NCBI RefSeq assembly: GCF_001194135.2
Contig: NC_068990.1
Span: 48,271,271 to 48,335,270, forward strand
Direction of reading: 5' to 3'
Source: Octopus bimaculoides
Taxonomy: Eukaryota
Length of the DNA stretch: 64,000 nt
The position numbers were made by a program, and so were the translations under genes. Below the pieces are notes generated by a model. The model was given only the letters and a program-made list of their open reading frames with translations, searched no databases and had not been told where the DNA came from. Shown in pieces: positions 1 to 14,131 of this stretch. The stretch's first letter is position 1. Every line of letters begins with the position of its first letter.

Positions 1-298
1 CATTGACCACCAGATAAGGGATCGGGGGACCCTGTCAAAGGCTTTCTCCATGTCAACGAAAGCCAGGTACAGAGGTTTATCCTTGGCTAGGTATTTCTCT
101 TGCAACTGTCTCACTAGAAATAAGGCATCAGTAGTGCTTTTACCTGGCACGAACCCAAACTGCATCTCATCTAAATTGATTCGCTCCCTAATTAGTTGGG
201 CTATGACCCTCTCTGTAACTTTCATAACCTGATCTAACAGCTTGATGCCTCTGTAATTATTTGTATCTAAAGCGTCCCCTTTACCTTTGTAGCAGTTA
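1..298 (-). mobile_element. RTE-clade LINE, reverse transcriptase fragment (5'-truncated at ~298, runs off the left edge)
   Basis: Manual minus-strand translation gives an uninterrupted frame NCYKGKGDALDTNNYRGIKLLDQVMKVTERV...EMQFGFVPGKSTTDALFLVRQLQEKY...LYLAFVDMEKAFDRVPRSLIWWSM, matching early non-LTR RT motifs of the RTE clade. Confidence 0.9.
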
Positions 299-3200
299 CA
301 CATTAAGTAATTTCATGCTTTCCATTTTCCTCTGTTAACTTTCATTTCTTTCCTATTTAACTGTCTTCTCTTCTGATCTTACCCCTTCATTTTGTTTGCA
401 TTTCTCCCCCACCCCCACCCATATTTAAAATAAGATTTAACCAAGATTATTTAAATCAAGGAAAAAGAACAGTGTCCATAGCTCTTGCAGAACCCACTTA
501 GTTGGTCATGCCTTTATAAAGACTTACTAAGGCTATGGACACAACCCACATAGCAAGTCTTTATAAGGGCATGTGAGTTCAATGTGGTTGATGTTAAGCG
601 ATCATCATAAAAAATAACAAAGCACAAAACTGGAATATTTTTAAAAACTCACATCTAGAAAAAATGCTATTTTGATCCTTAGTAAAGAAAGCTAGATTTT
701 CCATCTAATCCAGTTGATATTATTGTAAGGATTTTTTTGATTACACTGATGCCATAGATTGCAGTTGACAGATTCTTCTTTAACAATAAATAATGAAAAC
801 AACAACATCAAAAACGATTTCTAAATTGTTGCAACAAAACTGCTTTCTTCAAGCTCAAAATATTAGCAATAGAAACTAGAACAATGTACAAATGTGACAA
901 ACGTTATCAAACAATAACATTCACAGACAATACACACATGATATCGATAAGATACACAAAACTGCAGTCAGACATTTTTTTTATTATTGTTATCCAGTTT
1001 TTCAGTTCTAGCTGTTTGTTTATAATGAAACTCTTCAGAAACTGACAGTATCTGGTTCACAAAGTATCAGTAATGACAGTTAGTATCAAAATATTATATT
1101 CTATTCAATCATTATATCATTATTCATTATCCTCACAGAAAATGTATTCTGTGAAAACATTTGAGGTTAGGTGTTAAACTTTTAATTTCAGAATAGTTTG
1201 TCAAACTTTACTGTGAAAAATCTTCAAGATCTACAGCATAGATTTTTCATTATTTGTGTCTCTAGCTGATGCATACATCATGCAAGAATGAGCCTGATGG
1301 TAACATCCCACAGTTTCTCTTGAGTAAAATAATAAGTTTACATTCGTTCTTGATATGATGATAAGTTTGCACTTTCAAAGATCTGTGGAATAAGAAAATC
1401 CCTTATTTATAAAAGAGCTATGGATTGGTGAAAGGAAGAGCATCTGGTTATAGAATTCTGCTTCAGATGTATCCCTGTCCATCTCACAAAAACATGGTGG
1501 AAGAACATATGTTAAAATGAAAAAAAAACAAATGGAGAAGATTTTGGGATAAGTATAAGAGTACAAATAGGAAGTATGAACATCAGTAACCTTATATGTA
1601 AATGGTACTGCTACAGTAACTTTCAACAGAAATTATCTAAAGAACCCTGTGACAACACTAAATGACAAAGGAATGGAAATGGATAGAGAGAAAACAAAAT
1701 CAATGGTTATTTGCATGAAACAGCAGTCACCAAATGTAAATGTTATAATTAAGGAAAGCCAATTGAACAGACATCAAGGATACACCTATGATATATGCAA
1801 TCAGAAAATGAGAAATATGAAGTGAAAAAAAAGATTGAGATAGCGTGAATGCTTTCTGCTACACTATGTTCCTTAGGTTTAAGGACAATATTGCTCATCA
1901 GGCAGTGTGTAAGATAAATAAATACTTATGTATATACATACAAATATATGACAATTTAGTTAATCAAGATGGCCAAGAATCAGAAGTAGTATTGTGACCA
2001 GTGGTGTATAAAAACATCTGACAGTCTAGTTGATACAGTGAAATACATGTGTGTGTGTGTGTGTGTGTATGTGTTGTACATACATACATACATACATTAA
2101 TTGTGAGACTATGAGGAGAGTTGAAAGTACATCTATATTCCAATTCTACCACCACCACCACCACCAAGATAAATGAATACCAAATACATTCTAGACAATC
2201 TTTCCACGAATTTTTGTAAGATGAGTTGAATGCAACTGGTCCATATTTTTTGTTGCTTTTTCCCCTTGATGTTTGTCATGTGTCTTGTATATAAGAAGCT
2301 CAAGCAAGCTTAGGCAAGCTACACTTTGTCAGTTCTTCAATGTCTATTGATTCTCTCCAAATAAGCCTTAGTGCTTCTGTTCAACATATTTACTCAGGAG
2401 ATGCACATGAAGGTTATTTTTAACCAGTTAGAGGTTCTAGTGAAATAGATTCCACTATATTCACTATAAAACTCATGAAGAAATCAATGTCTTGAAGATA
2501 TTCTTTCATCTCTTATGATAGTTGAGAGGAAGTAAAAAAAAAAAGTATGAGAGAATATGTGTGAGAGGGGGAGTGAAAATGCATGTATAACTGAGACATG
2601 AAGAGTGTGATAAAGTTACAGCAATATAAATGGGAGGTGTATGGCAATAAAAAGAAAGAAGATAGATAGTTGGACAAAGAGGTAGATAATAGTATTATGT
2701 AAATAGTATAAAACTAGGTAGATAAAGACCTGTGAGGAGATCAACAACTACAGGGAAATAAGAGATAGAGAAACAGAAATGTGAAATAGAAAAACAACAA
2801 CCAGTAGATCATATTAAGGAAACAACAGGAAAAGAAGGAAAAGAAAACAGGTAGATAGAGCAGCAAGCTAAAAATAAACAAAGATATAAAAGCAGAAAAA
2901 TAGACAGATAGGCAGACAGACTGACAAAGATAGATAGATAAACACAGATAGACATTGATAAATAGAGAGACAGACACATATGAAAACATATATGACAATG
3001 CCATGAATAATGATAGTGAGGGCCAAGAATATTACACTGGACTTAGAAAAATGTAGCAGTCAGAACTCTCCTCTTACAAGTCAGTGTCCCACAATGCATT
3101 CAGAGTACCAGTGTTGCTAACAACATTTAGTGCACCTGACTGGTCTGAAAAGGAAATACACTCGAAAGACATTAAAACCCATATGATCTTGACATCAATT

Positions 3201-4382
3201 ACAAACTTTCACAGAAACAATGATATTGACAGGCTCTACTTAAGAAGAGATGAACGAGATAGAATGCTTGAGATCAGTGTAGACAGCCTCTGAATGCCAT
3301 ATAATCTCTCTTGGACAGCACTTGCTAAACAATAGCAGCAAAAATAAATATATAAACCTAGTGCTGAGAAGTGAAGAGAACAATATACTGTGTGTTGGCA
3401 GTGAGATCCTCAGGAAGTACTCTTTTCCTGACAATCTCATTCAATCCCAAAATAGCTGAACTGCCATACCTCAAAGAAGACCTGGATGTCAAATACTCAG
3501 TATACCAAATAAAGATCATACATGGATATGTTTACCCCCAAAAACTTGAAGGTGACACTAATATTGACATGAAATTCAGCTTTTGTTTGACTTATAACTA
3601 CCACATTACATCACACTCCAAAAGTTACGCATTAATAATCCAAAAACAGATTACTATAAATTTACTTTAAAAAAGTTAGAGACAGTGATGGCTTTGGTGT
3701 CCTAAGGTGCAACCAAAAATATCAATTATGTCATATTTCTGTGAAAGACATTACACATGTGTTCAGTAGCTGCCCAAAAATGTCATCAAGGTACTACCTC
3801 CCATTGTGATTTGATATTGTCACTGAAACAATATTCAATGCCTTATGAAAAAGAAGTGACTATCCTGGGATGAACATAGAATATTCCCCTGTTAATAAAT
3901 ACATGCACAAACATCAATACAAGGAATATTGGTAGAACAATCTCATCAAAATTCCACCAGGTGTAAACACAGTGGCAGATCTACAATATTGGGGCTGTAA
4001 AGCTTAAAATGTTATGGAGGACCCTTTACAACCAGCAACAGTAGGGTAACATCCAATTAGGGTGAAAGAATTTTCGTGCCCTTGCAAAGAACTCCAGCTT
4101 GAGGCCCTAATTGCCCAAATGGTGGAGTCCTTAAAAAGAAGTTTGAAAATGAGACTTCTTTCCACCAGAAACGAGGTGTGGATAATCACTGATATCCTTG
4201 TCAATGTGGTTGTTCCATGGTAGATCACTACAAATATTTTCCAGGCTATGCCTTATACTTTTAGAGTTATGGGGGTTGAAAATTAGGGAAGCATTATATA
4301 CATGCATGATGCATCATTAAGATACATATAAAAATTACAAAATAGTCTTTTTTCTGCTTTTTGTAGCAACAGTTTTGCCATA

Positions 4383-4583
4383 TTACAGCTTCCTTGCAAT
4401 GTAATTTTCTCGAGACAATATGCATAAGGAACTTAAGCACTCTTCAGTCATGGTAGACCAAAATTTATTCTTAAAGGAAAGCTTTGAGGAACACCTTTCT
4501 GCTTCACAGCTTATGTGCAGTGATAATATTAAATTCTTTGCATCTCGCTTACATTCAGACTTTTCTTCTGAGTTTTCAAACAT
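4383..4583 (-). pseudogene. hAT transposase C-terminal dimerisation-domain remnant
   Basis: CEAERCSSKLSFKNKFWSTMTEECLSSLCILSREN resembles the hATC consensus (C.AERSFSKL..IKN..RSTM...RL..L.ILSIE). Confidence 0.8.
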
Positions 4584-5039
4584 ATATTTGAAAGTTTGTA
4601 AAATATCTCTATATCCATTTTTAATTGACCAGACTGCTTTATAGTGTGAAGTATGAAGGCCATCTAGTTACACTTAAGCTCTTTAGAGAAAAGGCTAGAT
4701 TGCCCTGTGTTTTTAAAATCCCCCATCTTTGAGGAGATTGAGAAAAGAAAACATACAGCTGCTGCAAGATGCCAAAATAGTCAACAACTTCAGGTACAGT
4801 AGACACTGCCTTTTACCAAACAAGTTTGAGTGAATGGCTTGCACATGGTACATAGTCTGCATACCTATTAATGTTTTTAAGAAGTGCTTGTAGCCCTTTC
4901 TCCGAGCCCTTCATCGTAAGACTGACCATGGATAGTGAAGGCTTATGCTCCCCCAGAAATTGTTACTTTGTTGAACAAGGTCGTGGATGAATGTTTTTCT
5001 ATTGGCAAAAGTGCTAAAAATCTCTCGCAGGGTTTTCCA

Positions 5040-5666
5040 TTATAACAGTATCGAACCACAGTTACCAGCTAGTGTTATGTCAGGTGTAAAGTCAATAATA
5101 ATTGAGTAGTATTTGATGTCTAGGTTGTTGATCTGATTCACCACTTCATCTTTCACATGTTTTCCCATGATTTGTATCAATTCTTCATACACAGATTTGG
5201 ATAGGTAAGTAATATTTACTTTTTCATTTTTACATTTCTCTAAATGTTCATGTAAAAATGGGTCAAACTCTGCAATAAGCTCAATGGCCCCTACAAAATT
5301 TCCATTGTTCGGGGAGCCCCACTTTTCCTCATGAATTTTAAATGCTAAACCTCTTTCACTTAATGACTTTATAACTGCTACAACTCTTTTTAGTACTTGA
5401 AAACAGTACTGCATGTTTTTTTTCAACTGTTCCTCAAGTTGCTGATCCACAGTGTTTTTATTTGACTTTTGAGTTAGCCAGCTCAACATCGCCCTGTTAT
5501 GTTCCATGCTGTCTTCATGATTTTCTAGAGTTCTGAGGATATTCATCCAATCAGAAAACCTACTTGTTGTAAGTGATATTTGGTATTTAGAAAAGAGTTT
5601 GCTCTTTGAGTAAACTAACCAGGATCTCATCACAGTCTGACAATTTTCCAATCTTTTTTTTTTCAA
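5040..5666 (-). pseudogene. hAT transposase remnant, DUF4371/ZMYM1-like region
   Basis: ORF motifs FSDWMN..LENHEDSMEH, LSERGLAF, NNGNFVGAIELIAEFDPFL.EHL, YLSKSVYEELI and YYSIIIDFTPDI are typical of hAT transposase N-terminal halves. Confidence 0.85.
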
Positions 5667-6246
5667 AGTACTTGTTTGAGAAACTTCAATTTACCTGTTT
5701 GTAAGTCTTGTTGGATTCAGTATATATTATCTGATTTTTATTTTGAAAAATATACTGATGTCTTGCATTAAACAGTTTTGTATGAAATCATTATCAATTG
5801 TTTTGGGCTAGTTTACCAGGTCACTGCATTCTTTGAAATCACTTATTTGCTTCCAGTTTCCTGTTTCTGCTCTCCCTTTTCTCGAAGTTCTTGACCACCA
5901 TGATCATCATCTGCACCAAAAGTGTCAACAGTAGGTTGCTTATTGCTAAACAGAACACTCATGGTTTGTGCACTGTCACTGACTTCACTGGTGCTTGCCT
6001 GGCTTGTTTCAGTTGCAGATGATCACTAACTTTTACTTGACATTGTAAAATAGTTTGATAGTTTTTGATATTTAGAAATTTCGTTAGGCTGCTTTTCCTT
6101 GAGTTGGCATTTCTGGTATCTGCTTAAGTACTTTCTTGAAGACATTACTATTCCTCTTGGGGCCTCGACCTCTGTGACAAAAAAATTGGGGTAATAGCCG
6201 CAGCGAGACAGAGATTGATCAACATAAAGGTTCACAACTTAATATA

Positions 6247-6601
6247 TACTCTTTTACTCTTTTATTTGTTTCAGTCATTTGACTGCGGCCATGCTGGAGC
6301 ACCGCCTTTAGCCGAGCAAATCGATCCCGGGACTTATTCTTTGTAAGCCTAGTACTTATTCTATCGGTCTCTTTTGCCAAACCGCTAAGTGACGGGGACA
6401 TAAACACACCAGCATCGGTTGTCAAGCAATGCTAGGGACACAAACACAGACACACAAACATACACACACACATACATATACATATATACGACAGGCTTCT
6501 TTCAGTTTCCGTCTACCAAATCCACTCACAAGGCTTTGGTCTGAACCCGGAACCATGTGGTTGGTAAGAAAGCTACTTACCACACAGCCACTCCTGCGCC
6601 T
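6247..6601 (-). mobile_element. tRNA-derived SINE, family A (inserted in the hAT element)
   Basis: The minus-strand head GGCGCAGGAGTGGCTGTGTGGTAAG...GGTTCCGGGTTCAG has A/B-box-like motifs. It has an internal (CA/TA)n and a (TAAAAGAG)n tail, and is highly similar to the copy at 21092-21512. Confidence 0.85.
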
Positions 6602-8595
6602 ATAGTCATAAATGAAAAATTGTTCATTTTGTACAAGGTAGATATTCAAACAATTTTTAAAGCAGAAAAAATGCTTTGTCACTGAGTAGATTGTAAGTCC
6701 AAAATTAGGAGACAAACCCTTCCATTGGTCATTACATAATGGTATGAAAATAAGAATTCTTATCTCTACCGTGCTGATGTAGTAATAGACATATTTGACA
6801 ATGGGAGGGGTAGGGCCGGAGTTTCCAAAATAATTCAAGTAAAGCGAATTATCTGCGAGTCACTTGTATTTTCAATTTTTATGCTACTCCACACTGGCAG
6901 AAACAGCAGGTGAACAACTCATGGCTAGATACTGCGTGTCTAGACTCTGTGTAGGAGTATGATATGACGTCCATTAAGACTGGTAACAGCAATCTGCATG
7001 GCAAAATACAAAAAACAAGAAAATTGACAGAATGAAAAAATTAAGTTGCTTTAGAGGGGTCCCTCTGGGATTAGGGGCCCCTGAAGCTTAAGCTTCATTA
7101 GTTTTATGGTAGATCTGCCACTGTGCAAACATAATAGGTTAAATATTGTTAGGGACAGACAATAAAAAGTATGTATTGTCACAGGGGTAATCTACCTCAT
7201 CAAAAACTTTTTAAAATGAGGATAGCTATGAACAACTGCTTAAAATCTTCAGTTTTTATACCTAGATTATAAATTCACATTTATACCAATAATAATTAGT
7301 GCCCTTGGTTTTATTAGTAAATACCTTATTGACAACCTGGAAAAGCTAGTTTCCAGAGGAAGAAATCAACCAGCTAATACACGCATTACAAATACAATCT
7401 GTTAGCAGAACAGTAAAAATATGCAATACTGTTCTTATGTTCAACATGTGACAATGTTATTATTTACTTTCAAACAATAGAGAGCTTTGTATCTTTGTTA
7501 GAAACCAGCTCCTTCACTACAGCAGGACTTCAAATTACTAAAACAGAATAGAACACATGCATATATACATGTATACATATACACATGCATACATAAGTGA
7601 AATTGCTAGAAAAGAACTCTCAATAGAAGAACTGAAGAACAGGTATTTAAATTTGTTTAGAAGCAAAAAAACTGCAAATAATAAATAACAATTAAGAAAT
7701 TTGTTTAAATTTTTTAAAATTTTATTTTTCATGCATTTCATTTTGAAGTTAGCAACATAACATGTGCATAAGTAAGAATTCTGTGGAATGTAAAACAACA
7801 ATTACAGAAAATGTTGTACACTCAGCCATGTGTAAACCAGTTTTAATTTGTTTCTGGTTGAAACACAAAGCCCAATTTCTTCTTTAAGACGAGAACTTCA
7901 AAAATACAAATAGTATCACTGTCCACTGGTCAATTATCTTCCAGAGACGGTTTACAACAGCCATCCATTATTAGTAGAAAGGGAAATATTCTTATTTTTT
8001 AATATAATTTTAATCATTTTTTTTCTTTTTCTATTTTTCTCACAGTATAAAAATATCTTGAAAACAGATTAGACAAGCAAAAATGAAAAAGAAAAAAATA
8101 ATAATGTATTCAAAAGGAAAAGAAAGAAAGGAAGAAAGAATTGTTATAATGACAGATGCCACATTGTGGTGTCATCATAAAATATTTATACATTGGAAAA
8201 TTGACTATGAAGAAGTTGGGTTGAGAATATCTTTGAAACACAATATTGAGATAAATATGGTATGTTGACAAAATTCTGCTGAATTAACTTGAAAATAGTC
8301 AAAAGTTGATCATCCCTTAAATACAAAGCTGTAAGCACCCAAGAATAAAATAGAACATTCACAACACACACATTTTTTGGATTTTCAGAAGTTTTAGTGC
8401 ATACATATATACAATCTGCTGCTCCGTAGAAATGCTGCAGGTAAACACCAAACAAACAAATATATATAGGAATAAATTGATATCTCCAAATCTGATTCCT
8501 CAATTAGAGATGACATTTAATAACATTTTTGCTTATTAAAATCATAATTTTTCTAAGAAATCTATCTATTGATCTTTATTTCTATCTGTCTATCT

Positions 8596-8598
<3 letters not shown>

Positions 8599-8636
<38 letters not shown>

Positions 8637-8950
8637 GTTTGTGTGTGCATATATGTAAATATATATATATATATATATNNNNNNNNNNNNNNNNNNNNNN
8701 NNNNNNNNNNNNNNNNNNNNNNNNNNNNNNNNNNNNNNNNNNNNNNNNNNNNNNNNNNNNNNNNNNNNNNNNNNNNNNNNNNNNNNNNNNNNNNNNNNNN
8801 NNNNNNNNNNNNNNNNNNNNNNNNNNNNNNNNNNNNNNNNNNNNNNNNNNNNNNNNNNNNNNNNNNNNNNNNNNNNNNNNNNNNNNNNNNNNNNNNNNNN
8901 NNNNNNNNNNNNNNNNNNNNNNNNNNNNNNNNNNNNNNNNNNNATATATG
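8599..8950. repeat. (TA)n microsatellites flanking assembly gap 8679-8943
   Basis: Seen directly. Confidence 0.95.
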
Positions 8951-9649
8951 AGAAAACAAAAAAAGGAGTAAAAGTTAAGTTCTTCACATATTTTTCTTTA
9001 TAGAGTTGCTATTTGCAGAGAAGTGCCAAATGGTAAAAATATATGTGTAAAGCAGTTTTATAACAACAAAATAAAAATGTTTTGATTTTGATTTTTTTGT
9101 GTGTGCGCGCGTTAGTAAATTTTCATGTCAGGCTGTAATTTTGATGAAATATTTTATAAGATTTAAACTGAGTTTTTTTTATGTTTTTATTTAACTGATT
9201 ATTTTTCTAATTATTGTTGTCTAGCTTTTGCAATCTTTACTAATTTAAATTGCAATCAATTTAGATAAATTTCAATGAATACACACACAGTTTGAAGGCC
9301 TCAGTGTTCACCAGTTCTATCATGTAAATTGTTAATCTATATGATATCAAGGTAAATGATTTACATATTCTATTTATGTTTGAAGTTCTGTAACCAAATA
9401 TAGTAACAGCCTTGGCTGTTGTTACATTCTGAATTATAAAAAGTTAAAATAGTTGAACTGATAAGGTGATGACATTGCTTATAAATGATATATGTAATAA
9501 TGAAATGGTCCAGTTGAATTAGATATAAGTAATTGCTTTAAGTAGGTAAAAGTTGAAATTATAACAGTAGTAGGAGCACTGTAAAATCGGCAGCTATTTT
9601 GTTACTATGCAGAGTTGAATTATAGTATTGTTGCGCATATAGCTTGAAG

Positions 9650-10295
9650 AGGTAATGATGGACACTACCAGGTTGACTTTCTCTAAGCATACAACATGAA
9701 GATATATTTATAGGTATACAAATAAACCATCCCTATCATCAGATATATCTGAAGACATTGGTATACAAAATTCTGTTTATTACATCAGTGAAATTTGTAC
9801 AAGACTGATTTCTGTAAATTTCATTCGAGGCAATTTTACATATGCTCTCTTGATATTGGCTGCAGTGGTTCAAATGTAGTACTTAGATTCAAGACATACT
9901 ATGAATTATAGCATTTTATTAGGCCACTATAGCATATCACTCCTACATCTGGGACAGTGCAATTACTGCATTAGAATACAGCCTTCAGTCTGATTGGCAT
10001 AAAACACTCACAGACATGTGCTAGTCTCTGGCTCACTAGCATGCTCTTTCATTTCTCTGTCTTTTCCACTGTTATTATATTGGTTGCTGATCCTTAGAGC
10101 TGGCTGGGCTCATGTCAGGCATTCCCAACTCACTCATCTTTCCTCCCCTGTTGTGCCCAACCATTAGCCCTACACTATACCCAGTCCTTCCTTCCCAGAA
10201 TGTCAACACTCTGGAATTTCCTCCTTGTTCAGATTTTTCCTACAAGTAGCAGCTTACAAAGTTTCAAGAGTAATGTTAATCGTGTCAATTTCACT
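9650..10295 (+). mobile_element. Highly degenerate CR1/L2-like LINE 3' fragment
   Basis: Remnant C-terminal peptides TLWNFLP (ctctggaatttcctcc) and FKSNVNRVN (tttcaagagtaatgttaatcgtgtcaat); left boundary uncertain. Confidence 0.45.
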
Positions 10296-11564
10296 AGTTT
10301 AGAGAGCCTTGCAAAGGACCTTCTAAACTAGTGAGATTGACACTTCCTCCTATTCAAACAAGTAGGATCTGCTATATTGCTTACTTTGAAACAGGCACTA
10401 GTTTCATCCATGAAAAGTGATTATTGCTCTAAAGAGTATCAAATTGTGATAACACTAGCTTTAAAATAATTGTAAATACTGAAATTTGCTGAATCATTTA
10501 ACCACAGGGGAAAATGTGATATTCTTTTCTAAACATTCTATTTTATGGAGATCTTTTGACATAGATCTTTAGGCAATTATTAATTTAACTCTAGGTCAAA
10601 CTTATAGGTATAAAGTTACACTACTTAAAAGTGGGAACTTCTCCTGGTCAGACGAACAGGAAGAAATAGCAGCCTCATTTCCCTCAAATCACACTTTGTT
10701 ATCTTCAAAGAAAGTTAAGAAAACACATTTGCTAATGTACTTCTAAACACACTCCACAAAATAAGATGAGATGGTCGTAGTTGGAATGTCTCTGATCATA
10801 GTCAGTTCAAACACAGCTGATCAGGAATGAAACAATAATATAGCAATAATGTAATTTAACATTTCCTAAAATCTTCCTAGCTTTATTCTGAATGAAATCA
10901 CACAAGTAATCCCTTGATGAACTAAGCAATTTGCTTGGTGAGGTGTGTTGTTGCTATTAAAGGCTGATAAAATCTAAGTCCCCTAAGAAGAGTTAATCAT
11001 TCATTAGAAAACAAAATTGCAAACATTGATGTGTTTAAATAGTTAATATAACTGTCTTAACAAAGCTAACACAGATCATCACTAGCAGCAAACAACTGTA
11101 TGTGTACACATTATTTTTATGTTTATTTATTTGTATGTGTCAGTGTATGTGAATGTGTATGCATGCATGCATACATGAAGACCATAACTTTTTGAGCTTT
11201 GAATCAGAAATTCTAAACAGTAGATAATATTGCTTAAATGATCGAATGAACAATAATATCTCACTTAAAAATTAATGTTACTCTGAACCAATGTATTGGA
11301 GAACAAAAATATACTATACAGAAATTCATATAGATTGACTTTGTTATCAGCAGAACTAATGCTTTGCCACCAGAAAGGCACTGACTTGGTACAGAAGTCA
11401 ACATAGCAGAACTTTCAAGCTGCACTCATTAATACAATGGATGTACTGAGGTGGGGAGAAATGAATTGATTGACTTTACCACAGTTCAAATATTGTATCT
11501 TTTTCATGTATTTTGTTGAGGATTATATTATATTATATTAAATTATGTTATATTATATATGTAT

Positions 11565-11602
<38 letters not shown>

Positions 11603-13595
11603 TATGTGTATATATATATATATATATATGAATGACTGCATAAATATACATGCATATATTGGTATATGTATGGTACATATATATATAATACATACATATA
11701 TGTATAATAAACATACATGTATGTATCTATATATATATTGCAATCATAAACAAACTATAAAAATTGTCAACAACAAAAAAATATTATATTATACTGAAGT
11801 ACATTTTCTTTTCTCTTAATAAAGATCATCCGAATTATGTTGATGCTTACCAAATCTCAATTTTCTTTACAAATTATGGCAATTACCAACGTCTTCTGCA
11901 AACTATTGCTTTCGAAAGACCTTACATACACACATACTCAGACATACACATATTTCTTAAATAGCTATAATGCCTTGGATTTGTAGGAAAAGAATAAGGG
12001 GAATCTTTAATATTCATGTCTTTTCCAAGAGCATTAGTTATATTGTTGAAATTGCTCCATCTAGTACACAAAACTAAGGGTTAGAGAGTTGAAGGCTCAC
12101 TTTCCCTGCAAAGACATATAGCACATCACATTTGCCACAAATATTTGTATAATGAAGAAAAGCTTGATGAGTTTTTGTTTTTATATTTTCTTCAAAAAAA
12201 AAGCATATTTTAAACATTTCTAAATGTAGAAATGAAAAAATTAAATATCTTTTAAAAAATATCTTTACAATTATTAAAAAAAAGCCAATATAGGAATTAA
12301 GAAAAAATTCCTGAACAATGAAGAGAAAAACCTCACAATGTCTTTCACACTCAATTATTGTTGGCCAAATAGTTTAAATCAGTTAAGTTAATGATCAGAC
12401 AAATAAAAATTAATAAGTAAATAAAATAAAACATTTACTGTGTTCAGTGTTAAGAAATGATTGTATTGAAATAAATTTTTAAACAGTTAAATTTCGAGAG
12501 AACTGAAGAAAAAATGTTCACAAATGGAAGGCAAATGATGGGGGGAGAGAAAAAATTTAAGTGATAAAGATAGTAAAAGATATGATTGAGTTTGGGAGAA
12601 AAGAAAAAAAAGGAGGGGTGGAGAAAGCCTTTTGCAAGTTTTTAAACAGTAATTCTTTCAAGTAGCTATTTTATAGTCTCTATCATATGTATACATTGCT
12701 TCTAGTGGTTGCAAGGCAACAATCTGGGTCTGTTTATTATTATTATTTTTTTAATTATTATTATTATTACTACTATCATCATCATCATCGTCACTATCAT
12801 AAGGATGATGGCTTTGTAGAATTGTCGGAACATCAGAAAAAATGCCAGACATTATTTGTGTTCTGAGTTTTTACAGTCTTAGTTCAAATCCTATTAAAAT
12901 CAGTTTTGTTAGATATTCTTCCATGGTTGATAAAATAAAGCACCAGTCATGTATTGAGGTTGCTTTCATCAACTAAACTCCTCTCCTAAAGTTTCAGGTT
13001 TTCTGCCTAGATTGAAAAGAATTAATAATACTATTATTATCATCTCTTGCAGAGTAGCTTATGTGCATATAATGTCTCTGTATAAAGATGTAAAAGAATA
13101 CATGTGTAAGTATATAATTGCATGCATAGATATGCTTGCATTTATATGCAAACATACATATATACATACATATATGCATCGACACAAACATATATATATA
13201 TATATACATACATAAAAATACATATAGATATACACATACACACACATATAATGTTAACGTTTTTGCTCCTGCTAATTTCTATTGGTTCCAGGCAGTATTA
13301 TGTTTTAATGATGTTGACTCCATAGGATTGAATAGTACTGTTCAGGTGTTGAAACCATTGTAATGTCCATTTAGCAGCTGATAATGGAAATGTATATTTG
13401 ATATGCTTATTTGTGAATTTTTGGGGGATATTGTTTTTCTAAGTTGTCTTTCATTCTCGTAAAGCTGAAAGTGATTGTGGACTCATGGTTTAAAATGATT
13501 ACTTATATTGATATTGGTTGATTTACTTCATAGATAATCTTATTATGCTTGGATAATGCTTATATGATGGTTTCTAATTTTGGGAGGTTCTGTGG

Positions 13596-13647
<52 letters not shown>

Positions 13648-13651
<4 letters not shown>

Positions 13652-13800
13652 GGCATAGCTGAATGGTTAAAAAATTTGCTTTATAATCATGAGGGTCTAG
13701 GTTCATTAAATACCATCATGCATCAGTATCTTTGATCAGAGCCTAGAGTTAAACCACTGGAATGAAATGGGATACACAGAAACTGTGTGGTAAAGTGTTC
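13648..13800 (+). mobile_element. Degenerate SINE family A head
   Basis: gcaggcatagctgaatggttaaaaaatttgct...ggttc resembles the tRNA-like head of the other copies and follows a (TA)n run. Confidence 0.5.
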
Positions 13801-14076
13801 AAGACACAGTGACTGTAATATAAATAGCCAGCTTTCTCACTTCTGTATTATATTGATTGTGCATGAGAATTAGATTTAGATTATATAGGTCTTTGGAAAA
13901 CACTGCCAGTTTATGCTGTAATTCAATGAGAAATGCAGTGATTTGATCAAATGAATTACCTTCTCAATGACAAAATAAGTACTTCAGTTGATTAGAGTAG
14001 AATTCCTCATCAAAACTAAGGGTACATTTACATTTATCTTCTTATATAAGTGTATGTGTATGGCCTTTAGGCTAAG

Positions 14077-14131
<55 letters not shown>

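Larger units (their letters stand above)
3970..7123 (-). mobile_element. hAT DNA transposon, non-autonomous (internally deleted, degenerate transposase)
   Basis: Perfect 15-bp TIRs CAGTGGCAGATCTAC (3970-3984) and GTAGATCTGCCACTG (7109-7123). The 8-bp TSD is TGTAAACA/TGCAAACA (7/8 match). Transposase remnants lie on the minus strand in ORFs 6026-6235, 5040-5666 and 4383-4583. Confidence 0.92.
3140..7460 (+). mobile_element. Degenerate R4/Dong-like non-LTR retrotransposon 3' fragment, split by a hAT insertion (LINE parts ~3140-3969 and ~7124-7460)
   Basis: Remnant motifs DIDRLYLRR (~3220) and a CCHC-like LCHISVKDITHVFSSCPK (~3740-3790). TRCKH|NRLNIV rejoins across the hAT insertion. The C-terminal LQIQSVSRTVKICNTVL lies at ~7385-7440. 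Many stops and frameshifts; boundaries approximate. Confidence 0.65.
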
